A stretch of DNA of 64,000 nucleotides from Candidatus Bathyarchaeota archaeon (GCA_963807605.1 CAWECG010000003.1:704001-768000); one strand, 5' to 3'; shown: positions 51,721 to 62,294, numbered from the stretch's first letter. Notes: generated by a model not told the origin, from the letters alone. Made by a program: numbers and translations.

Positions 51721-51721
51721 A

Positions 51722-51916
51722 CAAAACATAGTGGCCCACGTGATTCACCCGAAAGATCACATAGTAATAATGGCTGCAGTCGATGAGCACGGAACCTTCA
51801 ACCTTGATACAGTCATGAATACTGTTGTGATCGATGATACGTTTCCAATTCACTATCTCAATGCGATCATGAACTCAAAACTGACCTCCTGGTTCACTTA
51901 CGTCTTCATTTACAAC
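51722..51916 (+). pseudogene. Fragment of an N6-adenine methyltransferase specificity (TaqI_C-like) domain
   Basis: QNIVAH..P.DHI.IMA, LDTV, YL.AI.NSKL..W. Confidence 0.45.
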
Positions 51917-52197
51917 GTCTACCTCACCATAAGAGAATGGCATATACTGACTTCAGAGATGCAAAATGTCAGAGGAGGCGGCACCTCTCTCTAATAGCTC
52001 CAAGATACACACTAGCCCCCCCTACGGGATTCATTAGGGTCTATAAGAATGATACCACACAATAATTGAGGGCTTTTCTGAAACGAGGTACAGCATGCGT
52101 GATTGCTGTTAGCGATATCATTGGAAAGCGCAGAGAACAGAGTGCTGAGAGCGTACTCTAAAACAGATTCAATAGAGACGCTCTTGTAGTACAAGGT

Positions 52198-53097
52198 GTG
52201 GAAATAATTCCCGCTTACATTAAATCGTGCCGGAATGGGGATCTGAAGAAGAGCAAAGAGAAGCTCTCGATTTTGCTCGAGAAGTGTGAGCTCTGCCCCC
52301 GAAAATGTCACGTAAATCGATTGAAAGATGAAAGAGGTTATTGCCGGTCCGGAAAGGACTTAATCGTCTCAAGCTACGGCCCACATTTTGGAGAAGAAGA
52401 GCCTCTAGTTGGCACAGGTGGCTCTGGAACTGTATTCTTGACGAACTGCAACCTCCTCTGCGTCTACTGTCAAAACTATGACATAAGCCACCTCGGCTAC
52501 GGTCACCCCACAAGTGAACAGAAAGCTGCTGAATACATGATCCACCTACAGAAGCAGGGCTGTCACAATATCAATCTCGTAACCCCCACACACTTCACCC
52601 CACAACTCGTTGAGGCGATAGAAATGGCAATTCCGAAAGGACTGTACTTGCCAATAGTCTGGAACTGTGGCGGCTATGAAAACGCTGAGACAATAAAATT
52701 GTTAGAAGGTATCGCCGACATCTACATGCCAGACATGAAATATGGATCCGAAGATTCTGCAAGAAAATACTCTGATGCTCCAGACTACTTTGAGCGCTGC
52801 GAGGAGTCAATAAGGGAAATGCATCGCCAAGTCGGTGATCTAATAATTGAAGACGGAATCGCCAAGAGAGGTCTCTTGATAAGGCATCTGGTCTTACCCA
52901 ACAATGCTGCACATAGCAGGGAAGTCTTGAAATTCATTGCAGAGGAGATCTCCAAGAATACCTACATCAATATAATGGATCAGTATAGGCCTGAGTACAA
53001 AGCATACGATTGCAAGGAATTAGGCAGACGCCCGACGCTCAAAGAGTATACAGAAGTAGTGAGAATTGCAGAGGAGTTGGGATTAAAGAGAGTTTAG
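52198..53097 (+). CDS. PflX-like radical SAM protein
   Basis: CELCPRKC, HFGEE, CNLLCVYCQN, DIYMPD.KY, RHLVLP. Confidence 0.9.
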   Translation: MEIIPAYIKSCRNGDLKKSKEKLSILLEKCELCPRKCHVNRLKDERGYCRSGKDLIVSSYGPHFGEEEPLVGTGGSGTVFLTNCNLLCVYCQNYDISHLGYGHPTSEQKAAEYMIHLQKQGCHNINLVTPTHFTPQLVEAIEMAIPKGLYLPIVWNCGGYENAETIKLLEGIADIYMPDMKYGSEDSARKYSDAPDYFERCEESIREMHRQVGDLIIEDGIAKRGLLIRHLVLPNNAAHSREVLKFIAEEISKNTYINIMDQYRPEYKAYDCKELGRRPTLKEYTEVVRIAEELGLKRV

Positions 53098-53169
53098 ACG
53101 CTCAGACACACTCGATGAACGTTGTGAAAAGCGCGAATGTAAAGGTATTCGCAATCTGTATTTTTGATT

Positions 53170-54903
53170 TCAGCACGGTAATTTTTCGGTAGGCGGCATT
53201 AATGATTGAGGTAATGCTTCTTTGAACCAAGATGGCATAGATGTCCAGCATCTCTTGACTAGTCTATTAAAACTGCCATCGACAACATAGAATCTCGCTT
53301 TGTCGTCTTCAGCTCTTATTGCACGGCCGTAGGCTTGGATGACTTCCAGCATCGCTTGGTTATCGTACCACTGATGGTACCCCAGGTCTAGGCGTCTTTT
53401 GACACGTCTGTCACTCAGGTCGGGGAATGGCACTTTCAAGAGAATCTGGGCGTCGCACACGTCGTATTTCCAGTCCTGGCCTTCGGCGAAAGCCACGGAC
53501 ACGAACACCTTTCCACGTGAGCGCTTCCAATCATCAAGCCTCGCTTGGCGATCTCTACTTGTATGAACAATGAGTCTAGACTTCAGGTCCTCTCCGATAT
53601 ACTCTGCAAGCCATTGTTGGTGATGGTAACTATGGCAGTGTATAGCTACGTTTCCAGGTTCGCTTCTCAATATCGTCTCTACGTTACGTAGGGCGTCCTG
53701 CTTATTTTTATCCCATTCCTCTCTTGACAAAGGTCCTACAGCCATGTCTATTATAGGTCTGTTCTGAACTGGAAACGTGCTGGGAACATCTAGGAAGCAA
53801 ATCTCATCCTCCGTTAGCATGTCTTGGAGGCCTGTCAACTCTACATATTCCTGCGGGTCGAGAATCGTGGCTGAAGAAATAATATAGTATTCGGCTCGTT
53901 TCCAAACCAGCTCCTTCATAAACTGTTTTGCGAAGACAGGCTGCACCATCAACTTGTCGTTTTGGACTTGGAATATCCACTCACTCTTCGACGAATCGTA
54001 GAGATCATGATTTGAAATGAAGCGCTCAATCTTCTTCAAGTCTTCAGCCTGTAAGACTGATAGCCCAGTGGTTTCGGCGATTCTAGAAGCTTGCTTCTTG
54101 ATCGCCACTAATTGTTCTTTGATTCTTTGAAGAAGTTCCTTCATCTGGGTCTCCGTCTTGACTTTACGTAATTGGGGGAGTAACTTGTTGTAGACATCCC
54201 AAGGTATCGTAAACGGATCTACCCGTACTGAAATCTGGTTTAGACATTGTTCCTCGATATTGTGAGCCTCGTCAAGTATGAGTAAGCTCCTCCTTCCCAA
54301 AGATGACTCGACTTGACCTTCTGTCTGACCTTCCGCGATGAGGTATGCGAAGCTTAGCAACACGCTCTGCGCATTAACGGCTTTCATCTTCTGGATCCAG
54401 TAGCGACATACTCTGAAGCGCTCGCAAGTGTAATCTTCAGTCACGCATCTCCCTGCGTCAACACTTCGATCTGGCTGATGGTAGCACCAGTAGTTCTGTC
54501 GACCTTTAATCTCGACAAATATTGAACGTAAAAGTGGATCACAAAGTATCTGATCGATCAGAACCAGTTGTGGAGTTGCGTAGAAAGACTTCGTTACGGA
54601 GCAGAAGGCAGCGTTCACGTAGGACTTACCGAAACCTGTTGGTGCGGCTAAGATGAAGCATCTCTTTCCAGTTTTGAATGCTTCGACGACCTTGGCTACG
54701 ATCTCTTTCTGATATTCTCTGAGTGAGGGACTTGGAAAATTATTGAGTACATCATCCATGTCCAGATCTGAAGGAGATTTCACCAGCGTCGACCTTTGGA
54801 ATGTCCTGCTTGTCGGTGTCGAAGCGGTGCAACGATTTGGACACTTATTCCAGCCGGGGGGCATGTATCTGCCGCAGCTGGGGCAGAACTTCACCAAGAC
54901 CAA
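53170..54903 (-). CDS. DinG/XPD (Rad3)-family helicase with N-terminal zinc ribbon
   Basis: APTGFGKS, KGRQNYWC Fe-S cysteines, DEAH, SSAT, KVPFP, QAYGRAIR. Confidence 0.85.
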   Translation of the reverse strand: MVLVKFCPSCGRYMPPGWNKCPNRCTASTPTSRTFQRSTLVKSPSDLDMDDVLNNFPSPSLREYQKEIVAKVVEAFKTGKRCFILAAPTGFGKSYVNAAFCSVTKSFYATPQLVLIDQILCDPLLRSIFVEIKGRQNYWCYHQPDRSVDAGRCVTEDYTCERFRVCRYWIQKMKAVNAQSVLLSFAYLIAEGQTEGQVESSLGRRSLLILDEAHNIEEQCLNQISVRVDPFTIPWDVYNKLLPQLRKVKTETQMKELLQRIKEQLVAIKKQASRIAETTGLSVLQAEDLKKIERFISNHDLYDSSKSEWIFQVQNDKLMVQPVFAKQFMKELVWKRAEYYIISSATILDPQEYVELTGLQDMLTEDEICFLDVPSTFPVQNRPIIDMAVGPLSREEWDKNKQDALRNVETILRSEPGNVAIHCHSYHHQQWLAEYIGEDLKSRLIVHTSRDRQARLDDWKRSRGKVFVSVAFAEGQDWKYDVCDAQILLKVPFPDLSDRRVKRRLDLGYHQWYDNQAMLEVIQAYGRAIRAEDDKARFYVVDGSFNRLVKRCWTSMPSWFKEALPQSLMPPTEKLPC

Positions 54904-55401
54904 GCACCGTCAATCATACTAGACGCTCATCCCGAAGTCCAACGAAGCTTTTCTTATATCGGCTCGCGTTTGTCTTCCCGTTTGGGTTTAGTGTTAGACT
55001 CAGATCCACACTTAGGCCTCTTCAAGACTAGGTTAAGGGGATGCCATTCGAAGACTCCCCGGTATGGGTTTTCCTCCATGAACTTCTTGAGAGGATTCTT
55101 AGCCATGGTCGAGTCTCATGATCCCAAACGCGTTAACATGAGCGTTTAAGAATCATCTGTCGAGCTTAAAGACATTCTCAAAATTTTGTGTCAGTAATCA
55201 CCTATATGATGGCGTGAATATGATGTGTAAAACGCCGCTCCCACCACGTTCTATCAGGCTGTTATCTAGGGACAGCTTTATGATTTTGTCGTAGGATGGC
55301 GCACGCTGTGTCTTCAGAAAAAAATTTTCTAGAGAGGAACGTGGAAAGAGGAGAAGGGCGCTATGTTTTCAAAGATCTAGGAAATCTATCAAGTCAACGC
55401 G

Positions 55402-55683
55402 TTACCCGTAATAATACTGTTGGCCGTACTGGTATGGGCTAGCGTACTGCTGTGGGTAATAGTACTGTTGTTGTGGATAGTACTGCGGACTATATTGTTG
55501 GGGAGGATAACAGCCCTGTGGAGAGCAATACTGTTGCGGATAATAGTACTGCGAATAGTATTGTGAATGGACAGGACATGAAACGCAAGTGCACTGAGTA
55601 CCTTGTGGATAGCCCCAGTAGGGCGTCTGAGGTGGCCTGTTCCAATACATGTATGGGTTATAACTCAAATCTCTCACTGACAT
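55402..55683 (-). CDS. Q/Y/P-rich low-complexity small protein
   Basis: Repeated YPQQY/QYY units; CTCVSCPVH motif. Confidence 0.6.
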   Translation of the reverse strand: MSVRDLSYNPYMYWNRPPQTPYWGYPQGTQCTCVSCPVHSQYYSQYYYPQQYCSPQGCYPPQQYSPQYYPQQQYYYPQQYASPYQYGQQYYYG

Positions 55684-55849
55684 AGACTCTTGTCTAGGTG
55701 ACTTAAAAGGGATTTTAGTCTTAAACCGAATATTGGAATGAGAAACCCACTGACAGTTTAGCATGAACGTTCAATGTGTGCGCCAGCAAGAATCTATTGA
55801 AAGACTTATTCAAGTTTAGAGAGTCATTGATACTTGAAAGGGAACCTGT

Positions 55850-57115
55850 ATGACAGGCTGGTCTCCCAGTATGTTCAAGCCAGATTCTGAGCCTGGCAAA
55901 AACGTCTACGATAGACTGTTCATGTGCCTGTTGTTGGCATTTCTTGTCATTGGGTTTTTGTGGCTTGACAAACCTAATAATGCCCTCATATTCGACGAGA
56001 AATACTATGTCAATGCAGCAAGGAACATTCTCAAGTTACGGCAGAACCCCGATATCTATCCTGATGCCACGCCGGGATTGGATCCGAATCGTGAGCACCC
56101 ATTCCTTGGAAAAGGCATCATTGCGTTTTCTATGATGATCTTGGGAGATAACGCATGGGGATGGAGAACAGCCAGCGTCATATTCGGAACTGTTGCGCTC
56201 TTAGCCTTCTACGTGCTTGTTAAGAGACTCTCACGTAGGGGTGACCTCGCGTTATTTGCAGCATTACTTTTTGCACTCAGTAACCTCTTCTATGTGCATA
56301 GTCGCATCGCAACCTTGGATATTTTCCTGTTGGCCTTTATGCTTGTGGGTTTTTACTGGTATGAGGTTGGCAGACCGTCTCTTAGTGGTTTCTTCTTGGC
56401 TTTGGCCACTCTATCAAAACTAAATGGACTATTCGGTTTCGCAGCAATCCTCGTATTCCATTGTGCTAATCTCTTCATCAAATCAAGAGAGACTAAGAAA
56501 TTCGATTGGAGGTCGCTGCTAGGTTGGCTCGAAAAATACGCTCTGCCTTACTTTATGTCAGTCATCATACTTTTCACGATTTTTGATAGAATATGGGTGG
56601 GCTATAACAATCCATTAAACCACCTATCCTACATCTACGACTACTACACTACTTTAACAAGGCCGACGCCATCCGGTATTGAGAGTTATCCTTGGCAGTG
56701 GCTTGTTAATGAGGTTAAGATACCCTACCTAACTGTAAACATTGATGTTCGTTACGGGGAGCTGGTCAGCAACCGCCTTGTCATAGCTTTTGAGGGAGCC
56801 ATCAACCCACTTGTGATATACTTGGCAATTCCGGCAGTAGCTTACTCTGCATATGCAGCCTACAGAAGGGTGGAGAAGACCGCCCTGTTTAATGTGATAT
56901 GGTTCGTAACAACTTACCTGCCATGGTATCCCATGTCGATCATCGGCCACCGGATAATGTACCTGTTCTATTTCCTCCCGACGTTGCCCAGCGTCTGTCT
57001 CGCAATAGCCTATGTTTTCTTCGATCGGAATGCTGATAGAATTGTGTCTCTGACTTATCTATTTGCGGTGTTTCTGGGTTTCGTGATGCTCTTTCCATTC
57101 AAGCAAGTCCCTTAG
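55850..57115 (+). CDS. PMT-like (GT39) phospholipid-carrier glycosyltransferase
   Basis: FDEKYYV, EHP.LGK, WR, SR...LD, S.PWQW, YLFY. Confidence 0.85.
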   Translation: MTGWSPSMFKPDSEPGKNVYDRLFMCLLLAFLVIGFLWLDKPNNALIFDEKYYVNAARNILKLRQNPDIYPDATPGLDPNREHPFLGKGIIAFSMMILGDNAWGWRTASVIFGTVALLAFYVLVKRLSRRGDLALFAALLFALSNLFYVHSRIATLDIFLLAFMLVGFYWYEVGRPSLSGFFLALATLSKLNGLFGFAAILVFHCANLFIKSRETKKFDWRSLLGWLEKYALPYFMSVIILFTIFDRIWVGYNNPLNHLSYIYDYYTTLTRPTPSGIESYPWQWLVNEVKIPYLTVNIDVRYGELVSNRLVIAFEGAINPLVIYLAIPAVAYSAYAAYRRVEKTALFNVIWFVTTYLPWYPMSIIGHRIMYLFYFLPTLPSVCLAIAYVFFDRNADRIVSLTYLFAVFLGFVMLFPFKQVP

Positions 57116-57338
57116 TTCATGATGCACTGGGATTTTGGAGAATCTTCTGATGTGCTCCTATCAAAGAGATTAAAGAACAGCATCAAGACTCCTTTATGGA
57201 CTTCTTCCGTTCAAGCGTTCTTGTCCTGATGTAAGCCCGCGCCACCCCATGGGGAGGTGCGGGATGTATGATCGCCCGCTAGGTCACCATGGCAATGACC
57301 TGTCAACCAACTGCCATTGTATTAGTATGTGCGGGAGT

Positions 57339-57869
57339 CTATTTGACAGATACTTTATGTTTCTTTGTTTCGGTCGGTATCTTCTTCGGAACTCTCACTT
57401 CAAGCATTCCGTTATTTAGCGCCGCCTCTGCCTTGTCGGGTATGACTTCTTCAGGAAATGTTAGATTTCTGTGGAACCGAGAGTATCCACGCTCCTTGCG
57501 GACGTACCCCTCCTTCTCTTCATCTATCTTTGTCTTGGTTTCGGCTGATATCTCAATGCCTTTGGGTGTAACGGTTACGTCGATTTGCTCCTTAGGTACG
57601 CCTGGCATCTCAGCAGAAACTCGGTACTCCTTGCCAGCATCGATCAGATCTGCAAAGGGCTCTCTGACATCAGGTAGTTCAAACCAGGGGAAAGCGATCT
57701 TCGGCCAAGTGGAACGGATTGGGATCAGCATAGAGTCAAACCGTCTCCTGAATTCATCGACCATCCCGTCAATCTCACCTAAGAACTCGGAGGGTCTCCA
57801 AGGAACAATCTCGCCCTTTCCTACCTCCTCCTTCTTCTTAACGGAAATCTTCTCCTTTTTAGCAACCAT
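57339..57869 (-). CDS. Hsp20/alpha-crystallin small heat shock protein
   Basis: AEMPGV.K..I, ER....F.R...P, A...NG.L.V..PK; GGAGGTG RBS. Confidence 0.95.
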   Translation of the reverse strand: MVAKKEKISVKKKEEVGKGEIVPWRPSEFLGEIDGMVDEFRRRFDSMLIPIRSTWPKIAFPWFELPDVREPFADLIDAGKEYRVSAEMPGVPKEQIDVTVTPKGIEISAETKTKIDEEKEGYVRKERGYSRFHRNLTFPEEVIPDKAEAALNNGMLEVRVPKKIPTETKKHKVSVK

Positions 57870-58170
57870 AGTTTCACACCTCCTTTCAATAGAGATTGTA
57901 TTGGCGATTACCAGATTCGCCACGACTAGGTATAATGTGCGGCGGCATGTAAATCTAACTGCAACTGAGTAGACTTCAGCCTGAAGCTATCAACGCCTAA
58001 AAAATGTCTACCCCAAAGTTATTCTGCACCATCTCGATAGTCTGACCAGCCCAGCCAATAGAACTCGTGGCGGTTTTCAGTTGACTGAGTTTGAGACACA
58101 TGTGAAACAAATCATTCAACGTACTTACAAGCGCGCGCTAACCAACATAATTACGCAAACAAGAAATCCA

Positions 58171-58839
58171 TCATTCTTCTTCAAAATTCGATATATCCAC
58201 AAACCAGTGATCGTTACGTTGAATTATTCCCTTATTTACTAATTTAATTCGTTGTCTGAATAGTGGTCCATTCGTAACGAAGGTGTGATATTCTCCGTTC
58301 TCTCCACATGCATCTATTCTCTTACTTTTTAGATATTCAAGAAACTCTCTATCGATGTTGTGACCCAGCCATTTTCTTTCAATCAGGTTCGATTTTGCGC
58401 TCAGAACCATGGCCTCAAAGCCTGAATCTAAGAATCCTGTGAAAATGTCTTCTGTATTTATCTTCCACAAGGGTTCCAATGGTTCAACTCCGATCTCGCT
58501 GCAGACTCTTTCAACCCAGTCTCTGTGTTCTTGAAGATATATGTCCCCGAACACCATTCCTTCGACTCCTTCTTCAACTAGACTCCCGACAGCTTCTTTG
58601 AATTTTTCTTCGTAATTGTTCCTAGCAGTCTCTTTTTGTAATAGTGAGATATGCATTGACTTTGCTTGTTCGGCAACTAGATTTGGAGTTCCATGAAACG
58701 AGACGCGTCTGTATTCTTGAGAGATGAAATTGACCAAGTAGCTAACCTTATGACCTTGCTGGACGGCTTTGTAGCAGGCGAAACAGCCATCCTTACCGCC
58801 ACTCCATGATGCAGCGACTATCACGATCCCAGACCTCAA
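58171..58839 (-). CDS. Diphthine-ammonia ligase (Dph6/MJ0570)-family ATPase
   Basis: SWSGGKD, FGDI, PLW, CGENGEYHTFV. Confidence 0.9.
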   Translation of the reverse strand: MRSGIVIVAASWSGGKDGCFACYKAVQQGHKVSYLVNFISQEYRRVSFHGTPNLVAEQAKSMHISLLQKETARNNYEEKFKEAVGSLVEEGVEGMVFGDIYLQEHRDWVERVCSEIGVEPLEPLWKINTEDIFTGFLDSGFEAMVLSAKSNLIERKWLGHNIDREFLEYLKSKRIDACGENGEYHTFVTNGPLFRQRIKLVNKGIIQRNDHWFVDISNFEEE

Positions 58840-59295
58840 TTCTTAGTACTGCCTTGTTGAAATGCGGATTATAAGCAGTAAGATATTCAATAGATTTACG
58901 CAGGTGTCCCCCAAGAGAATGATGAGATCGAAAGATGGCATATGGCCGTCAAGAGCAACGAAGAGCTTAAAGCGATTGCTGCTCGTGTTGCCTTGCAGGC
59001 TGAAGCATCTATGCGAGACAACAACAGCACACTGAGTATGTTAGATAGGCGCAGAATCATATAGCTTAGCAATTCTTACAAGTAGAAGCGAATAACCTTT
59101 CCAACGATCGACTTCACGTCAAACCGAGTCTCCGACAACAGTTATACGGTCTGACCGGCCTGACAACCCCCATTCGTAACTATGTTTTATAACCGATTAG
59201 AGCGATCTATATTCGATTAGTAACATAGGTCGCGTAGACATCTTCACTCCAATTCACAAAGCCATCCGTTAGCGCGCGCTAGGAAGATATGTCGA

Positions 59296-60072
59296 ATGGC
59301 TCAAAACATAGATCCGGTATATTTTCTTCAGCCAGTCATCACAGTTTTGTTCACCGTCGCCCTTGTTGTTTATTGGCACTACAGACGGAGTTTCACAAGA
59401 GGTGTGCTCATCTATTCTGCTCTTGCATATGTTGGGGCGATGGCGGCCAAAGTGATTGTCCAAGTCGTGACATTCGGTGCCTTCCAAGCACGCTTCAGCG
59501 ATAACGCCGCAGTTCTTGGAACTTACTTCGGGGCTCAAACAGTGCTCTTCGAAGTTGGTGGAGCATTCTTGGTGGCGGTATGGGCAGTTTCTCGAGCCAA
59601 AATGAACGCTAAGGACGCTGAAGGCTATGGACTCGGCCTCGCAATGTGGGAAAACGCGGGTTACTTGGGAACTCTCGGGTTAGTTAGCCTGATCACAATT
59701 TATGTGGTGTTGGCCTCCGGCAGCCCGGTTACACAAGAATTCTATTCGAGCCTGATCAGCACTCGGCCCGACCTCTTCTATCCTCCGTCGCAAGCTTTAC
59801 CCTTGATCGGATACGCCTTAATGGAGCGGGTGACCTCGCTTCTATTTCATTTTTCTTGGGGATGGCTCTGCCTTCTTGCAGCATATATGCATAAGAGATT
59901 CTATTTTCTGCTAGCTTTGCCGATGGGTTTAGTCGACTTCCTAGTGCCGTTTGCAGCTAGTCTCACAATTCCAGTTTTTGAGATGCTAATCTTTGTCCTT
60001 GGGTTATGTGCTTTAGCACTAACTTGGGCTGTCACAAGGAACCTACGAGATGGTCCTTTAAAACAAGACTAG
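59296..60072 (+). CDS. YhfC/PrsW-like intramembrane protease family protein
   Basis: FE, YGLG...WE, ER...H motifs in a multi-TM protein. Confidence 0.65.
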   Translation: MAQNIDPVYFLQPVITVLFTVALVVYWHYRRSFTRGVLIYSALAYVGAMAAKVIVQVVTFGAFQARFSDNAAVLGTYFGAQTVLFEVGGAFLVAVWAVSRAKMNAKDAEGYGLGLAMWENAGYLGTLGLVSLITIYVVLASGSPVTQEFYSSLISTRPDLFYPPSQALPLIGYALMERVTSLLFHFSWGWLCLLAAYMHKRFYFLLALPMGLVDFLVPFAASLTIPVFEMLIFVLGLCALALTWAVTRNLRDGPLKQD

Positions 60073-60253
60073 CGAAAGATCATCTTGTGATTACCGCTGG
60101 TCAGGGTAGGGAGATTCGTGCACCAATTTACCGTATGGCGCGCTGAGGACATATGCCACTGTAGCTCTCCTGGAAAGAAAAGACATCGCATCCGAACAAT
60201 CCCCTATCAGAAACAAGCCTGAAACCTCTCAGCCCGGTCTTTAGCGCGATCTC

Positions 60254-61213
60254 TTAACCTTGAAGCCCAGAATCGCCATAGAGAACCTTTAGAAGTTCTA
60301 TAAGTTTTTCGTCCCTCCACCTAGCAATCTCATCGGGATGCTTCTCTTGGAGGAGCTTCATCTTTCTAATCCCGTTGATAATCTTCCTCTCCGCCTGTGA
60401 GGGTATGGAAGTCCAAGTGGCGAGTGTTCTCCATCGAGCTGCCATCGCAGGTCCTAGATGGTGGAGATAGTATTCTATCCCGCCTTTTCCGCCTCCAAGA
60501 TGGTAGCTCAGGTGAGGGCCGAGTATCGCCCAGCGGATTCCTGGGCCGGCTGAAACAGCCTTATCAATGTCTTCCAGCTCCGCAACATCTTTGTAAACCA
60601 AATCAATTGCCTCTCTCCAAAGGGCTGCTGCCAAACGGTTTCCTATGGTTCCCGACATCTCCTTTTTCTGTACAACAGCGACCTTACCGAGTTTGGTCAT
60701 AAACTCTTTCGTTGCCTTTACAGTCTCAGGGGAGGTCTTTTTCCCAGGTATGATCTCGACTAGGGGCATAAGGTGGGGCGGATTCCATGGATGAGCGATA
60801 ATGCATCGTGCGGGTTTCTTGGTTGCCTTCTGTACTAAAGTCATCTTGAGAGTTGAGCTACTGCTGGCGAGTATTGTTTCTGGTGGTGCGATTGCGTCCA
60901 AAGATTTGAAGACCTTTTTCTTAGCTTGATAGCTTTCATATACCGATTCTTGGACGTAGTCAGTTTCAGCCACCGCTTCCTCGAGGTTTGATGTAATTCT
61001 AATCCTTCCCAGACAGTCTTCAACTGTTTTATCCTTGAGAATCCCTTTCTCGGAGAGAAACTTGAGGTTCTGCGTAATCTGTGACAGCCCCTGCTCAAGG
61101 GTCTCCTTCCTCAAATCTTGAAGAGTAATTTCATAGCCTTTCCATGAAAAGAACGTAGCCCAGCTATGGCCAATCAGGCCGGCTCCAATACAAGAAATCT
61201 TCTTAATGTCCAT
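60254..61213 (-). CDS. 3-hydroxyacyl-CoA dehydrogenase family (gulonate/carnitine dehydrogenase-like)
   Basis: GAGLIG, QESV.E, ASSSS, HP.NPP, GPG.RWA..GP. Confidence 0.9.
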   Translation of the reverse strand: MDIKKISCIGAGLIGHSWATFFSWKGYEITLQDLRKETLEQGLSQITQNLKFLSEKGILKDKTVEDCLGRIRITSNLEEAVAETDYVQESVYESYQAKKKVFKSLDAIAPPETILASSSSTLKMTLVQKATKKPARCIIAHPWNPPHLMPLVEIIPGKKTSPETVKATKEFMTKLGKVAVVQKKEMSGTIGNRLAAALWREAIDLVYKDVAELEDIDKAVSAGPGIRWAILGPHLSYHLGGGKGGIEYYLHHLGPAMAARWRTLATWTSIPSQAERKIINGIRKMKLLQEKHPDEIARWRDEKLIELLKVLYGDSGLQG

Positions 61214-61424
61214 CTGTTCCTCAACCTGTTTTGAGAATTCTACGCACGCAAAAAGCGTGGAACATCAATTGACTATATTATGCTTATTACAATTCAGGGA
61301 TTAATCTATTGCATGACTTCGTACTCCAGAGTTCTAACAAACTGGGTGCGCTAAGCAGATAATGCGAAAAGCGATGACTAGCTTCATGAGGAGTAAAAAC
61401 CTAGTCCGCTAGCCAGAAGATAGG

Positions 61425-61524
61425 TGGTGCGGGGAGTGGGATTCGCGCACCAATTTACTAGTAAATTTCCTGCCCGCCACGAGTACTCAATCAGAGCTGC
61501 GGGTTCAACTCCCGCCCAGTCCAC
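61425..61524. other. Two tRNA 3'-end relics (att-like): minus 61425-61445 and plus 61499-61524
   Basis: Minus CGAATCCCACTCCCCGCACCA; plus GCGGGTTCAACTCCCGCCCAGTCCAC; neither has a 5' half. Confidence 0.65.
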
Positions 61525-61541
61525 TATTCTGGATTTTAGGG

Positions 61542-61663
61542 TGTCGGAATATTCGAGTTTTACACTCAGACAGCCAATTTGTTTAGGTTCTAAGGTTTTG
61601 AATGCTAGGATGTCTAGGGTCTAAGGTTGTGAATAAAAGTGTCCAAATTAAGATGCGCTCACC
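61542..61663 (+). repeat. Direct repeat, copy 2 (of 43010-43127)
   Basis: Near-identical to copy 1 apart from a few substitutions and a 4-nt insertion. Confidence 0.95.
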
Positions 61664-61883
61664 CATTATCCACCACCAAATAACGTTGACCCATAGTTTT
61701 CTAGGGATAATGGAAAATAGACTAGTGAGTTGCTATGTCAATCAGTCTGAGTTTCGAGCATTATCCTCCCTGCCCTGATTGTGCTAAGAAAGAAGAGATA
61801 GATAAATTGTGGTTGGTCAGGCTGATTCGAGTTCGGACAAGGTCAGATTCTAACCCTTATACAAGCGAGCATCTTACATCAAG

Positions 61884-62294
61884 TTGGTAAAGATGAGTAA
61901 ATCTGATCGTTCAAGAAAAGAGCAAAAAACTCTCGTACCAACTGAACAACCTGTACCAGCTACACAACCTGTTGTTTGGAAACCAGAAGATGTTAAGAAT
62001 TTCATAGAAATGATACGTTCTTTGGGAAAAGAGCTTATCGATTACAAGAACAAGGAATTCGACTACAAGGTTCGAAGACTAGGTTCCGTAGGGGCACATA
62101 ATAGACGAATAACATATTCTCTGCTGTTATTCTTAACTGGACTAATAGTCGTCATGTCCGTGCTAACCTTCTTCGGGAAGGTAAGTGGTGATGCATTGCT
62201 TTTTCTAGCAGGAACAATTACGGGTTATGTCGTTTTAATGATTCAAGCACTTACTTATCCCCTATTCGAAGGCGAACCATCCCAGGAAAGTTGA
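61884..62294 (+). CDS. Hypothetical membrane protein (2 C-terminal TMs)
   Basis: 136-aa ORF. Confidence 0.6.
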   Translation: MVKMSKSDRSRKEQKTLVPTEQPVPATQPVVWKPEDVKNFIEMIRSLGKELIDYKNKEFDYKVRRLGSVGAHNRRITYSLLLFLTGLIVVMSVLTFFGKVSGDALLFLAGTITGYVVLMIQALTYPLFEGEPSQES

